Made by a program: the position numbers and the translations under genes | Notes under the pieces: model-generated | The model's database searches: none | What the model saw: only the letters and a program-made list of their open reading frames with translations | Told to the model about the DNA's origin: nothing | Shown here: positions 19,261-29,144 of the stretch, one piece after another | How the letters are laid out: each line of letters opens with the position of its first letter | Position numbering within the stretch: the first letter of the stretch is position 1 | Virus record (IMG/VR): IMGVR_UViG_3300046542_000616 | DNA from: a virus | Lineage: Duplodnaviria; Heunggongvirae; Uroviricota; Caudoviricetes | Direction: 5' to 3' (one strand) | Length of the DNA stretch: 64,000 nucleotides

Positions 19261-20141
19261 ACATGAAATCAGACACGGGCGCTAGGTTGGATCGGAACAG
19301 CGATTACTCGCTCAAAGCCCATCATTTTGCTGACATTCCAGTTGAGTTTCAGACTCAGGAGATCGCTAACGAGTGGTTCCTGGAAAAGCAGAACAAAAAC
19401 ACGGAGCCTTTGTCTGATTGCTTCCGTCAGATCCCTCTGCATCTGCGCTCCAAAGAGCTTGTCCGATGGGCAGCCGATGATGGCATCAATGCCATTGAGG
19501 GATTGGACGTACAGCACCCGGATTACCTCGATCTCGCCCAGATCTGCGTGCTGAAAAACCACCAGCATATCGATTCAGTACACCCTGATATGCGGCAGGC
19601 ACTGCTGCCGATTTTTTGTGCCATTCACATCACCAAAATTCACGAAGTCGACAAAGAATTTGAGTGGTTCAGATCTGCGCTCTCCCCGGAGTGCCTGAGA
19701 ATATGCAGTCAAAACATCGACTTTTTCCTGAACACGCCAGAAGAGCAAATGACGTCGGACGCTCGCCAGTACACCATGACCCAGAATTTTTGTGCCTGGT
19801 TAACGTGGGGTCTCAGGAAGCGAGGGAAAATGCATCTCTTGGCGGAGCAGATTGCTGCGGGTGATTGGCCAAAAGATAATTACGTCAGAAATATCGAAAA
19901 GCCCATATCCCTGCTGAATGCACGCTATAAGCTGACCGCTTCTGAGCCTGGAAAAGAACATGAGACGCTGTACATGGCTTACCTCATGTCCAAGCCGATG
20001 GATCAGGTCGTGCCCCTGATGAAAGGCCGCAGGCTGCAGAAGCTGCTGTTCGAGATGTACTCGACAGAAGCGCTTGCTCCATACTTGAAAAACAGTAGGG
20101 AACTTCGTGGCATTTTGCTTGAAGACTCCCTAGGCCTCTGA
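19257..20141 (+). CDS. family-A paralog (294 aa)
   Basis: ORF; FADIPVEFQTQEIANEWF; C tail ILLEDSLGL. Confidence 0.8.
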   Translation: MNMKSDTGARLDRNSDYSLKAHHFADIPVEFQTQEIANEWFLEKQNKNTEPLSDCFRQIPLHLRSKELVRWAADDGINAIEGLDVQHPDYLDLAQICVLKNHQHIDSVHPDMRQALLPIFCAIHITKIHEVDKEFEWFRSALSPECLRICSQNIDFFLNTPEEQMTSDARQYTMTQNFCAWLTWGLRKRGKMHLLAEQIAAGDWPKDNYVRNIEKPISLLNARYKLTASEPGKEHETLYMAYLMSKPMDQVVPLMKGRRLQKLLFEMYSTEALAPYLKNSRELRGILLEDSLGL

Positions 20142-20176
20142 CCGTTTTGGCAGGGCAGGCAGACGGGGCAGGGTAG

Positions 20177-21073
20177 ATGAGCTCAACACCGAATGAAATC
20201 ACCGCTCGCATGATGGATGAGGTCGGCTACGGCAACCTCAACATTGGGCGTTTCTGCGAAATCCCAGAGGAACAGCGCACGCCAGAGAATGCCAAGCTTT
20301 GGCTGCTGCACAAGATCTCCAGAGACAGCGAGCCACTGAACGCTTGCTATCAGGAGATCCCTCTGGAGCTGCGCTCCTTTGGGGTGATGATGGCCGCAGC
20401 CAAAAATGGCCTCATTAACATTCTTGATGGGCTGGATGCGAATCAGACCCCTAGCTACGTCATGCTTGCCGAGGCCGTCACTCGCAGGAACTACCGGCAC
20501 ATTACCTTTGTTGATCCGGCTTATCGGTGGCAAGTGCTTCCTGACTACTGCCTGACCCACATCGAGTCGATTGACAAAATTTCCAAGGAAATTGCCTGGT
20601 TTCGCTCAGAGCTGTCGCCAGCCGTTTTTGAAAAATGCTGCATGAATATCGATTTTGCGCTGGACTCTCCCATCGAAATGCTTCCTGAACACCTACTTCA
20701 GGAAATGGTGGTCAAGAACTACAGTGCCTACCCGGCGTTCAGGTCGCGTGGTCTGTTCCATGTCATGGCGGCTCGCATTGCGGCAGGTGATTGGCCTCCT
20801 GAGTCATCCGACTACGCCTTTAGCGCCGAGAAACCGCGTTCGCTCGAGGCTGGCATCCTGCTGCTCGGTGAACAAGAGCCAGGCTCTGATCACGAAACCT
20901 TATACATGGCCTATGCCATGACCTATCCCATTGAGCAGGTGGTGCCCCTGATGCGCGACAGGACGCTTAAGGCGTTGTTGATCGAGATGTACACCAAGGA
21001 GGCACTAAAGCCCTTCATAAGGGCTGACAGAGAGCTTCGAGGTGTAATCCTTGAAGACTCGATGGGGCTCTGA
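20177..21073 (+). CDS. family-A paralog (298 aa)
   Basis: ORF; FCEIPEEQRTPENAKLWL; C tail VILEDSMGL. Confidence 0.8.
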   Translation: MSSTPNEITARMMDEVGYGNLNIGRFCEIPEEQRTPENAKLWLLHKISRDSEPLNACYQEIPLELRSFGVMMAAAKNGLINILDGLDANQTPSYVMLAEAVTRRNYRHITFVDPAYRWQVLPDYCLTHIESIDKISKEIAWFRSELSPAVFEKCCMNIDFALDSPIEMLPEHLLQEMVVKNYSAYPAFRSRGLFHVMAARIAAGDWPPESSDYAFSAEKPRSLEAGILLLGEQEPGSDHETLYMAYAMTYPIEQVVPLMRDRTLKALLIEMYTKEALKPFIRADRELRGVILEDSMGL

Positions 21074-21075
21074 TC

Positions 21076-21981
21076 ATGACGGACATGGACACTGTGCCGG
21101 GTATGAGCACACTCGACCGAGAAACGGACGGATTCACGAGGCAGAAAATTCTTCGCTTTTCGGAGATTTCGGAGGTGAGAAAAAATCCGTTAAACGCCCA
21201 TATGTGGTTCATTCACAAGCTTAAAATTGGTAAGGAGCCCATGGAGGCTTGCTACCAAGAGATTCCTGTGGAATTGCGCTCGTTGCAATTGATGTTCTGC
21301 GCCGCTGACAAGACAGGCATTAACGTCCTTCAGGGGCTCGATTGGCGAACCTCGCCAGATTACATAAGCATCGCTCAGGCAGTTACGGCCAAATACCATA
21401 AGCAGCTAGCCTTCGTGCTTCCCGAGGTCAGAGGTCTAATCCTGCCTGCCTTCTGCATGACTCACATCCATCGTATAAGCATAGTTGCCAAAGACCTTGA
21501 TTGGTTAAGGGCCGAAATGCCCCAGGATGTGTTTGAAAGGTGCTGTGTTGATACAAGCTTCGCCCTGGACTCCCCGATAGAACGGGTTCCGGTGTCAGCC
21601 CTTCAGAAAATGATGACCAGTAATTATTATGATGCTTATTCTCGGCTTCGTAAGAAGGGTTTGCTCAGCGTCATGGCCGATAGAATCGTGGCGGGTGATT
21701 GGCTGGACAAGGGGTTTTCCATTGCGACTACCGCGTTCAAGCCGGCCTCTCTTGAAGATGGCATTCAAAAACTGAAAGAGACCAAGCCTGGAAGCGATCA
21801 CGAGACGCTGTACATGGCCTACGCCATGACGTACCCCATGGATCAAGTGGTGTCTGCAATGCGCGGCAAACGGCTGGTGGCATTGCTGGTAGAGATGTAC
21901 ACCGTTGAGGCGCTAAAACCGTTCATGAAGGTCGACAGGGTGCTTAGTGGATCAATACTTGAGGACGGACTGGGCTTATGA
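21076..21981 (+). CDS. family-A paralog (301 aa)
   Basis: ORF; FSEISEVRKNPLNAHMWF; C tail SILEDGLGL. Confidence 0.8.
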   Translation: MTDMDTVPGMSTLDRETDGFTRQKILRFSEISEVRKNPLNAHMWFIHKLKIGKEPMEACYQEIPVELRSLQLMFCAADKTGINVLQGLDWRTSPDYISIAQAVTAKYHKQLAFVLPEVRGLILPAFCMTHIHRISIVAKDLDWLRAEMPQDVFERCCVDTSFALDSPIERVPVSALQKMMTSNYYDAYSRLRKKGLLSVMADRIVAGDWLDKGFSIATTAFKPASLEDGIQKLKETKPGSDHETLYMAYAMTYPMDQVVSAMRGKRLVALLVEMYTVEALKPFMKVDRVLSGSILEDGLGL

Positions 21982-22859
21982 ACAAAGAAACGCTGCTGAG
22001 ATCCCTCGAATCCAAAGAGAACGTCGCGCTGTTCTCCTCCATCAAGGTCATTCCTGAGAGCCTTCTTGACTCAGAAGTGGCCCTCAAGTGGCTCGAAACG
22101 AGCGTGAGTCTGCGCAGTCAAGGCTCTGATTGGGCCATTCAAGAGATTCCAATGCACTTGGTCAACGACGACATCCGTCGAAGTGCGGTGAAGCTTGGCG
22201 TACGGGCGTTGATGTTCATCAATCCGGACGACACCGACATTTACATGGAGCTGGTGTTGATGGCGACGGCAGCTTCCAATTTTGGCTACATCATGATTGA
22301 TGACCGGCTAAAAACCCGTGAGACCGTCGAAGCCATCATTAATCACGATCCTCAGCACATGTCGCTGGAATGGAATGGGCAGGCGTGGATAAAACCGCTG
22401 CTCACCCAGGCTGACATTGATCGAGTGAGCGCCATCAGCTATCGCTTCATGATGAGTGTGGGCGCCGACAACGTGGCCTGGTCGTCGGTCAAAACGGTGC
22501 TGATCAATAACCCAACCTTCTACCCCGAGCTGGTGAAGAGTGGCGGCGGCGACCTGCTTGTCAGAATGATTCAGGACGGCGGATGGCCGGCCAAGCTTGG
22601 TGGGCAAAATCTTTACAGACCCAAAGGCATTTTTGAGCTGGCCTCACTTATTTCAAAGACCCAAGATCACGAGGTTAAATTTCACCTGTATTGCGCTTGC
22701 CTGAAGACGTTCCCAATCAGCAAGGTGCTCAAGGTGATGTACACAGAGCGGCAGCGAAAAATTCTCTTGAGCCTCTACCCGCAAGACGTCCTGGTCGAGC
22801 ATGCAAAGACCAACCGGCCTCTGCGGGGGCTGCTGCTTGAGGATGCCCTGGGATTATGA
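21978..22859 (+). CDS. family-A paralog (293 aa)
   Basis: ORF; IPESLLDSEVALKWL; IPMHLVNDDIRRSAV repeat; C tail LLLEDALGL. Confidence 0.8.
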   Translation: MNKETLLRSLESKENVALFSSIKVIPESLLDSEVALKWLETSVSLRSQGSDWAIQEIPMHLVNDDIRRSAVKLGVRALMFINPDDTDIYMELVLMATAASNFGYIMIDDRLKTRETVEAIINHDPQHMSLEWNGQAWIKPLLTQADIDRVSAISYRFMMSVGADNVAWSSVKTVLINNPTFYPELVKSGGGDLLVRMIQDGGWPAKLGGQNLYRPKGIFELASLISKTQDHEVKFHLYCACLKTFPISKVLKVMYTERQRKILLSLYPQDVLVEHAKTNRPLRGLLLEDALGL

Positions 22860-23734
22860 GCCTACAAGAACAAGAAGATGCGCTGATTGAAAGCTTCAGC
22901 AATGCGAATAACCCTGATTTTTCGGATATTCCTGAGCACCTGCAGACCGCGAGAGTGGCTGAAGAATGGCTAACCTTCAGGGGTTACCTGGATTTTAAAA
23001 GTGTGCTCCAGTCCTGGGAGCAGATACCGGCACATCTTGTGACGGATGATTTGCGCTTCACTGCTATCGGCATCGATGCTGAAATCATCAAGTGTATTGC
23101 GCCAAGCGACACTGACCGCTACCTGGATCTGTTCATCAAGGCTCATAAGGCCACCGGTAGAACGACCAAATTCTTGCACCCGGACTTCAGAACCACCGAA
23201 ACAGTTCAAGCGATGATGGATTCGCCGGATGAATTCGAGCGAAGCTATCTGATGCACTCATGGATAGCTAAGGTCATGACGGCAGATCAACTGGAATCCG
23301 CCGCCAGGAGTAGTGAAAAAATCATGGTTAAGCTGCCTGTCGAGAAGATCAGCACCGAAGCCATGAGCATTCACTTGGCGGGCAGCTTCTATGGGTTCGG
23401 ATTGTTACGTAAAGAAAGCAAGCTTCGCCTGGCTGCTGATTTTTTGAAAATCTCTGATTGGCCTGAGTCAGCGAATCCCTTTGAGCTGGATAAAAAAGAG
23501 CCAAAGGATGCGCAGGAGGCTTTTGATGTCATCGAGACTGCCCAACCCAACACCCAGGCTATTTACATGGCTTGGCTGATGAATCAACCAATTGAGCAAG
23601 TGATTGCGCTGATGACCACGCGCCCTAAGATGAAGCTGGCCATGGAAATGTATACCGAAGCCGAGCTGAGGCCGCTGATGAAAAACAACAGGCTCTTGAA
23701 GGCCGCGCTGCTTGAGGAGTCCCTCGGCTTATGA
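22856..23734 (+). CDS. family-A paralog (292 aa; subcluster ending ...AALLEESLGL)
   Basis: ORF; FSDIPEHLQTARVAEEWL; IPAHLVTDDLRFTAI; C tail AALLEESLGL. Confidence 0.8.
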   Translation: MSLQEQEDALIESFSNANNPDFSDIPEHLQTARVAEEWLTFRGYLDFKSVLQSWEQIPAHLVTDDLRFTAIGIDAEIIKCIAPSDTDRYLDLFIKAHKATGRTTKFLHPDFRTTETVQAMMDSPDEFERSYLMHSWIAKVMTADQLESAARSSEKIMVKLPVEKISTEAMSIHLAGSFYGFGLLRKESKLRLAADFLKISDWPESANPFELDKKEPKDAQEAFDVIETAQPNTQAIYMAWLMNQPIEQVIALMTTRPKMKLAMEMYTEAELRPLMKNNRLLKAALLEESLGL

Positions 23735-24609
23735 CTTTGCAGGAAGAGGAAGATGCACTGATTTCTCGTTTCAGCAACCTGTACACGCCGGCCTTTGCGG
23801 AGATACCCAGGCACCTGCAGACTGAGCGGCTAGCGAAAGAATGGCTCACCATCCTGTCGAACCTCAATTTTGATGCCGTCATCAGTTATTGGGAGCAGAT
23901 TCCCGCCGAGCTGATTACCGATGAGTTGCGCGAGAAGGCAATCGGCCTGGATGTCCGGATTATCCAGCACATTGACCCAAGCGACACAGAGAGCTACCTG
24001 GATTTGTTCATCAGGGCTTTCAAGACCTCCTGGGTCGTCCTGCCACTGCTGCACCCTGATTTTAAAACATCCAGCACGATAGACTTGATGCTCTCTTCTG
24101 CGCGTCAGTTCGAATACGGTTATCAGAAAAATAGCTGGATCGCCGATGTCATGACCCCTGACCAATGGGAAGCTGCATCCAGAATCAGCGCAAAGATCAT
24201 GGCAGACTTGCCTGTTGAAAAGATCAGCCCCGAGGCCCTGCATACCCACCTGAGTATTGGCTATTCCGGGTACGGTATGTTGCACAAGAAGGGAAAGCTC
24301 AAGCTGGCCGCTGACTATCTGAAACAGGGCCATTGGCCTGTGGTCAGTGAGGCGTTGCGCCGGGACATTGAGAGGCCAGGGGATATTGCTCAGGGGTTGT
24401 CGCTGGCGCTTGAGTATGATTCTGGAGGGGAGGCGTTGTACTTGGCCTATCTGATGACTCATCCTGTTGAGGAGGTGCTGTCGGTGATGAGCACGCGAGA
24501 GCACATCAGCTACCTGCTGGAAATGTACACGCCAGAAGAGCTTCGCCCCTTTATTAGAACTCACCGGCACCTGAAGGCTGCCTTATTAGAGGAGTCGTTA
24601 GGATTATGA
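23731..24609 (+). CDS. family-A paralog (292 aa)
   Basis: ORF; ~50% identical to 22856..23734; C tail AALLEESLGL. Confidence 0.8.
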   Translation: MTLQEEEDALISRFSNLYTPAFAEIPRHLQTERLAKEWLTILSNLNFDAVISYWEQIPAELITDELREKAIGLDVRIIQHIDPSDTESYLDLFIRAFKTSWVVLPLLHPDFKTSSTIDLMLSSARQFEYGYQKNSWIADVMTPDQWEAASRISAKIMADLPVEKISPEALHTHLSIGYSGYGMLHKKGKLKLAADYLKQGHWPVVSEALRRDIERPGDIAQGLSLALEYDSGGEALYLAYLMTHPVEEVLSVMSTREHISYLLEMYTPEELRPFIRTHRHLKAALLEESLGL

Positions 24610-25502
24610 GAGCTAATGAGAATTTAGACCGCTTCAGGGGCTTGGCGAGTCTTCTGTCTGATTATTCTACTTTCGCTATGGTTCCTGATGAATTCAAGAC
24701 GCCAGAAGGCGCTTGCGGTTGGATGCTGGGTCAAATCTACAATGATAATCCACCCCTTCTGGAGTTTTTTTCGCAAATTCCACCCGCCTTGGTGAGCGAT
24801 GATTTGCGAATAATTGCACTGGACAAGAACTCAGGTTTTATCGATCACATTGATCCAAAGGATACTGATCAATACCTTGCTCTATTCCTCTTGGCTTACA
24901 AGCTTTGCTGGAAACGGGGACAAACACTCCAGCCTCACCCGGATTATCAAACGGTTTCAACCGTTGAAGGAATGATCGCCCTGGCCAACATCCCGGCGTT
25001 TGAGCGATGCATTTACCATCAGCCCTGGATCGCCCAGGTGATGACGCCTGCACAGATTGCGACTGTGTCAGAGGCAAGCTTCGAGCTGATGCTCAGATTT
25101 CCAAATGTTATGCCAGGTGATAGGGCGCTTGATAAGCATCTTAAGCACACCAATAATGGCTACATTGCGTTACGAAAGGCGAAGCGGCTTGAGTGGGCAG
25201 CATGTTATGTGAAATCCGGTGGCTGGCCAACCCCAGATGCATTGTTTGAGTCTGAACAACCTCGACCAAAAGACATTCATGAGGCGCTGAAGTTTATAGT
25301 CAGCGATAGCAAGAAGGTTTGCCAGGCTCTGTACATGGCATGGCTAATGACACAACCCATAGAGCACGTCATTCCTCAGATGGACAGCCGTAAACTCATC
25401 AACCTGGCGATGGAGATGTACTCGCCCGAAGCGCTTCGTCCATACTTGAAAGTGAACCGGCACCTGAAGGCTGCCTTGTTAGAGGAGTCCTTAGGATTAT
25501 GA
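24606..25502 (+). CDS. family-A paralog (298 aa)
   Basis: ORF; FAMVPDEFKTPEGACGWM; IPPALVSDDLRIIAL; C tail AALLEESLGL. Confidence 0.8.
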   Translation: MRANENLDRFRGLASLLSDYSTFAMVPDEFKTPEGACGWMLGQIYNDNPPLLEFFSQIPPALVSDDLRIIALDKNSGFIDHIDPKDTDQYLALFLLAYKLCWKRGQTLQPHPDYQTVSTVEGMIALANIPAFERCIYHQPWIAQVMTPAQIATVSEASFELMLRFPNVMPGDRALDKHLKHTNNGYIALRKAKRLEWAACYVKSGGWPTPDALFESEQPRPKDIHEALKFIVSDSKKVCQALYMAWLMTQPIEHVIPQMDSRKLINLAMEMYSPEALRPYLKVNRHLKAALLEESLGL

Positions 25503-26383
25503 TCATTGCAGACGACTTTAAGAGTTTTGAGGAAACTCTCCTGCGTCTATCGAAATACAAATCATTTGCCGAAATTCCCGAGAGGATGAAAACTAAGGAA
25601 GTGGCGGCGGATTGGCTGAAGGTGATGAAAACCGCTGGGACGGCTCGATTTGTCGATTACTTTGGGCAAATCCCCAAGGCGTTTGTTTCACAAGATCTTC
25701 TGAAGTATGTTGTTGATTCGGATGTGCGTCTTTTGGCCAATATTAATCCAGAAGACAGCAGTAATTATGCCGAGCTGTGCGCTGTCGGTTTCCAGAGAAG
25801 TTACCTGGCGGCCAACTATTTTCACGAAAGTTTTCGAACTACACAAACGGTCGCATCATTGGTGGCTTTCACCTTTGAGTTTAACAAGGTTTTTGCCGAG
25901 ATTCCGTGGGTCATGAACGTCATTACGCCGGATCAGATCGAAACGGTTTCGCTAGCCAATATTTCCTGCATGGTGAGCCTGCCGGACGAGAAAATCAGTG
26001 ATGTCGCTTTAAGCAAGCACCTCTCAAGGGGCGAAAACTTCCTGTTTTTGAGAGCAAAAGGAAAATTGCACTTAGGTGCCAAACACTTGAAAACGGGCGC
26101 CTGGCCCGAGCCTCAGCATCAAGACGCAGTTCGGCCCTCGAAGCCAAGAACTCTGAGCAGCGCCTTCAAATATGCGGTGTCCGGTAGCTATCCCAAAGAC
26201 CTCAAGGCGCTGTATATGGCCAACCTCATGACCTACCCCATCGAGGACGTCATGCCCTTGATGCAGACGCGCCAGCATGTCTCTTTGGCCATGGAGATGT
26301 ATTCAGCCAAAGAGCTGAAGCCTTTCATAAAAACCAACCGGCATCTGAAGGTTGCCCTTCTTGAGGACTCGTTAGGTTTATGA
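25499..26383 (+). CDS. family-A paralog (294 aa)
   Basis: ORF; FAEIPERMKTKEVAADWL; C tail VALLEDSLGL. Confidence 0.8.
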   Translation: MIIADDFKSFEETLLRLSKYKSFAEIPERMKTKEVAADWLKVMKTAGTARFVDYFGQIPKAFVSQDLLKYVVDSDVRLLANINPEDSSNYAELCAVGFQRSYLAANYFHESFRTTQTVASLVAFTFEFNKVFAEIPWVMNVITPDQIETVSLANISCMVSLPDEKISDVALSKHLSRGENFLFLRAKGKLHLGAKHLKTGAWPEPQHQDAVRPSKPRTLSSAFKYAVSGSYPKDLKALYMANLMTYPIEDVMPLMQTRQHVSLAMEMYSAKELKPFIKTNRHLKVALLEDSLGL

Positions 26384-27249
26384 TCATGATGAATGGTGAC
26401 AATTTCTATCAGGCGTATGACCGTTTCGAGGCGCTTCCAGAGCATGTCAAAAATGCATTTGGAGCCTCCAAGTGGTATCAGGCATGGGCGACCGAGGGCG
26501 TCGACCCAGCGTTCGCGTGCGATTGTTTTAAGCAAATACCACCGAACCTTGTGAACGACGATCTGCGCAAGTACGCGGTTTTTTATCACGTGCAGGTGAT
26601 CGACTTGATTGATCCCAGTGATACGCCCGCCTACAAGTCGATTTGCCTGAATGCCTACCGCTCCAGCTACAAGGCTGCGCAGTTTTTCAAGGCCGAGGTG
26701 CATACGGCTGAGATGGTCGAGCTGATGATCAGGGATTACACCGGGTCGTTCCTCGACGCTTATCGGTCATGCCCATGGATCGCTGAGTTGATGACGCCCG
26801 CCCTGATCGAAAAGGCGTGTCTTACCAGTGATGTATTCATGCTGTCGCTGCCGGATGCTCTGATGAGTAGAGCTGCGCTGGATAAGCACCTTGGGGAAGG
26901 CACTTCAACGTATTCCTTATTGAAAAAAGTGGGAAGACTGCACATTGGCGTTGATTATTTGAAAGGCGGTAGATGGCCTGAATCCAATGGCCCATTCGAT
27001 GACGATGTACAAAAACCTGAAAGCCTGCTGGAGGCATTCTCCTTGCTTCTCGGTAATGCCGATATTCCTCGTGCTTTGTACATGGCGTATGTCATGACGC
27101 ATGACATAAAAGATGTCCTGGCCCTGGTGGTTACCCCATCGTGCGCAAAACTCGCGGTCGAGATGTACGACGAAAAAGAGCTGCGGCCTCACATCAAAAC
27201 CAACCGGCATTTAAGGGCTGCGATGCTTGAGGAGTCGCTGGGCTTATGA
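26380..27249 (+). CDS. family-A paralog (289 aa)
   Basis: ORF; FEALPEHVKNAFGASKWY; IPPNLVNDDLRKYAV; C tail AAMLEESLGL. Confidence 0.8.
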   Translation: MIMMNGDNFYQAYDRFEALPEHVKNAFGASKWYQAWATEGVDPAFACDCFKQIPPNLVNDDLRKYAVFYHVQVIDLIDPSDTPAYKSICLNAYRSSYKAAQFFKAEVHTAEMVELMIRDYTGSFLDAYRSCPWIAELMTPALIEKACLTSDVFMLSLPDALMSRAALDKHLGEGTSTYSLLKKVGRLHIGVDYLKGGRWPESNGPFDDDVQKPESLLEAFSLLLGNADIPRALYMAYVMTHDIKDVLALVVTPSCAKLAVEMYDEKELRPHIKTNRHLRAAMLEESLGL

Positions 27250-28112
27250 GACCTGACCAGATTGCCGACTACGAGTTCTACAAGGTCTTTCAGCGCTTTG
27301 AGGCGCTTCCCGAGCACGCCATGAACAGCTACGGGGCGTTGAAATGGCTGTCCGCCATGGTAGTGCTGTTTGACATGAAAGCGGCTGACGCGCTTGAACA
27401 GATCCCGCGCTCATTGGTGACTGACGAGATCCGTGAATATGCGTTCAAGAAGGACGTGAGGTCGCTGGCACTGGTTCATCCTGAGGACACCTCTGACTAC
27501 ACCAAGTTTTGCGTGAGTTGCTACCTGGGCGATTACCGGGCGGCGGAGTTTTTTCATGAAAGCATTCGGACATCAAGAACTGTCGGCGAAATGATCTACA
27601 CCCCCGGTGTTTTTGTCGAATCTTACAAGGCTTTTCCCTGGATAGCGGATGTCATAACGCCCGCTCAGATTGAGGAAGCCTCCATTTTAAACATGCGGTT
27701 CATGTTGCTCTTCCCCGATGAAGAGATCAGTGAGCAGGCATTGAAGTCGCACCTAGAAAGGCAATCTGGATACTACAACCTGAAAAAGGCGGGTCGTTTG
27801 CACTTGGCGGCCAGTTACCTCAAGAGCGGTGGATGGCCGGAGACCTACGGCCCCTTTCAAGCCGATCAAGAAAAACCAGGTAGTATTGAGCACGCCTTCG
27901 CGATCATGCTCGACGACAAAGGCGCCGGCTGCCCGCCGTTGTACATGGCCTACGTCATGGGCCATCCCATCGAGGAGGTCATCATGCAGGTCAAGAGCAC
28001 GGCAATCGCCAAAGCTGTCTTGGAAATGTATGGTGAGCGCGAACTTCAACCTTTCATGAAAAGCAATCGTCACCTGAAGGCGAGTCTGCTCGAGGAGTCC
28101 CTGGGATTATGA
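27246..28112 (+). CDS. family-A paralog (288 aa)
   Basis: ORF; FEALPEHAMNSYGALKWL; IPRSLVTDEIREYAF; C tail ASLLEESLGL. Confidence 0.8.
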   Translation: MRPDQIADYEFYKVFQRFEALPEHAMNSYGALKWLSAMVVLFDMKAADALEQIPRSLVTDEIREYAFKKDVRSLALVHPEDTSDYTKFCVSCYLGDYRAAEFFHESIRTSRTVGEMIYTPGVFVESYKAFPWIADVITPAQIEEASILNMRFMLLFPDEEISEQALKSHLERQSGYYNLKKAGRLHLAASYLKSGGWPETYGPFQADQEKPGSIEHAFAIMLDDKGAGCPPLYMAYVMGHPIEEVIMQVKSTAIAKAVLEMYGERELQPFMKSNRHLKASLLEESLGL

Positions 28113-29092
28113 TCAATCTTGAAAAGCTGCCCAGCATGACTTTCGACGAGGCGGTGAAGTCCTGGGTTGAGGAAGATCTCGAGCGTGCTCGAAAGGATCA
28201 GCATATGAACGAAACTCTAGACAAAATTTTTTCCTTCAAGAATTACCATGACTTTTCTGAAGTTCCCGAGGCAAAGAGAAATCAGGACGGTGCTTACAAC
28301 TGGTTGTTCATGAAGGAAACCACTCCTGGTTCTGGCAGGAAGACGATTCGCGAGTGGTTTCGGCAGATTCCCGTAGATCTGTGGCAGAACAAGACGCTGG
28401 AGATCGCGTTCTCGAAAGACATTCAGACTCTCGCCGACATTCAGCCAGGCACCGTGCCCGATTACCTGAAGATCTGCATGACCGCGTACAAGACCAATTC
28501 TTCGGCGGCTTTGTATTTCCATGAGAGTTTCCACACGGCAGACACCGTTGAGGCGATGATTGAGGCGAGCCCAGGCTTCTTCAAAAGCGCCTATGGCGCC
28601 AATCCCTGGATGGCTAGGGTCATCACACCAACGCTGCTTGAGAAGGCGGCGATTGAAAGCCTGATTTTCATGGTCAGCCTGCCCGAGGAGCAGATCACAG
28701 ATGCCGCGTTAGGCGCGCATTTGGAGAGGGGCTACATGGGATATGCCATGCTTAGAGATTCCGGAAAGCTTAAATTGGCAGCGAACTTCCTTAAAACAGT
28801 GCCTTGGCCGGAGGGCAGGAAGGACACAGGTGAGAACTACCTGATTCCTCCCCGTGACATTCGTGATGCACTGGAGCGAGCAGCCGTGTTGTATCGGACA
28901 GAGCCTATATACCAGTCCGTGTACATGGCCTATGTTATAAATCAGCCCATTGAAGATGTCATCGCACAGGTGAATAACAAGGCGTTTACGACGCTGGTGC
29001 TGGAAATGTACAGTGAAAAAGAGCTTCTCCCCCACATCAAGAACAATCGCCGCCTGAAAGCGGGGTTGCTTGAAAATTCGCTGGGCCTCTGA
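28109..29092 (+). CDS. family-A paralog (327 aa, N-terminal extension)
   Basis: ORF; FSEVPEAKRNQDGAYNWL; C tail AGLLENSLGL. Confidence 0.8.
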   Translation: MINLEKLPSMTFDEAVKSWVEEDLERARKDQHMNETLDKIFSFKNYHDFSEVPEAKRNQDGAYNWLFMKETTPGSGRKTIREWFRQIPVDLWQNKTLEIAFSKDIQTLADIQPGTVPDYLKICMTAYKTNSSAALYFHESFHTADTVEAMIEASPGFFKSAYGANPWMARVITPTLLEKAAIESLIFMVSLPEEQITDAALGAHLERGYMGYAMLRDSGKLKLAANFLKTVPWPEGRKDTGENYLIPPRDIRDALERAAVLYRTEPIYQSVYMAYVINQPIEDVIAQVNNKAFTTLVLEMYSEKELLPHIKNNRRLKAGLLENSLGL

Positions 29093-29144
29093 AGCTTCCG
29101 CGACCAAAGAATAGGCTTGGGCGCCAGCACTGGAAAGTTGAAAA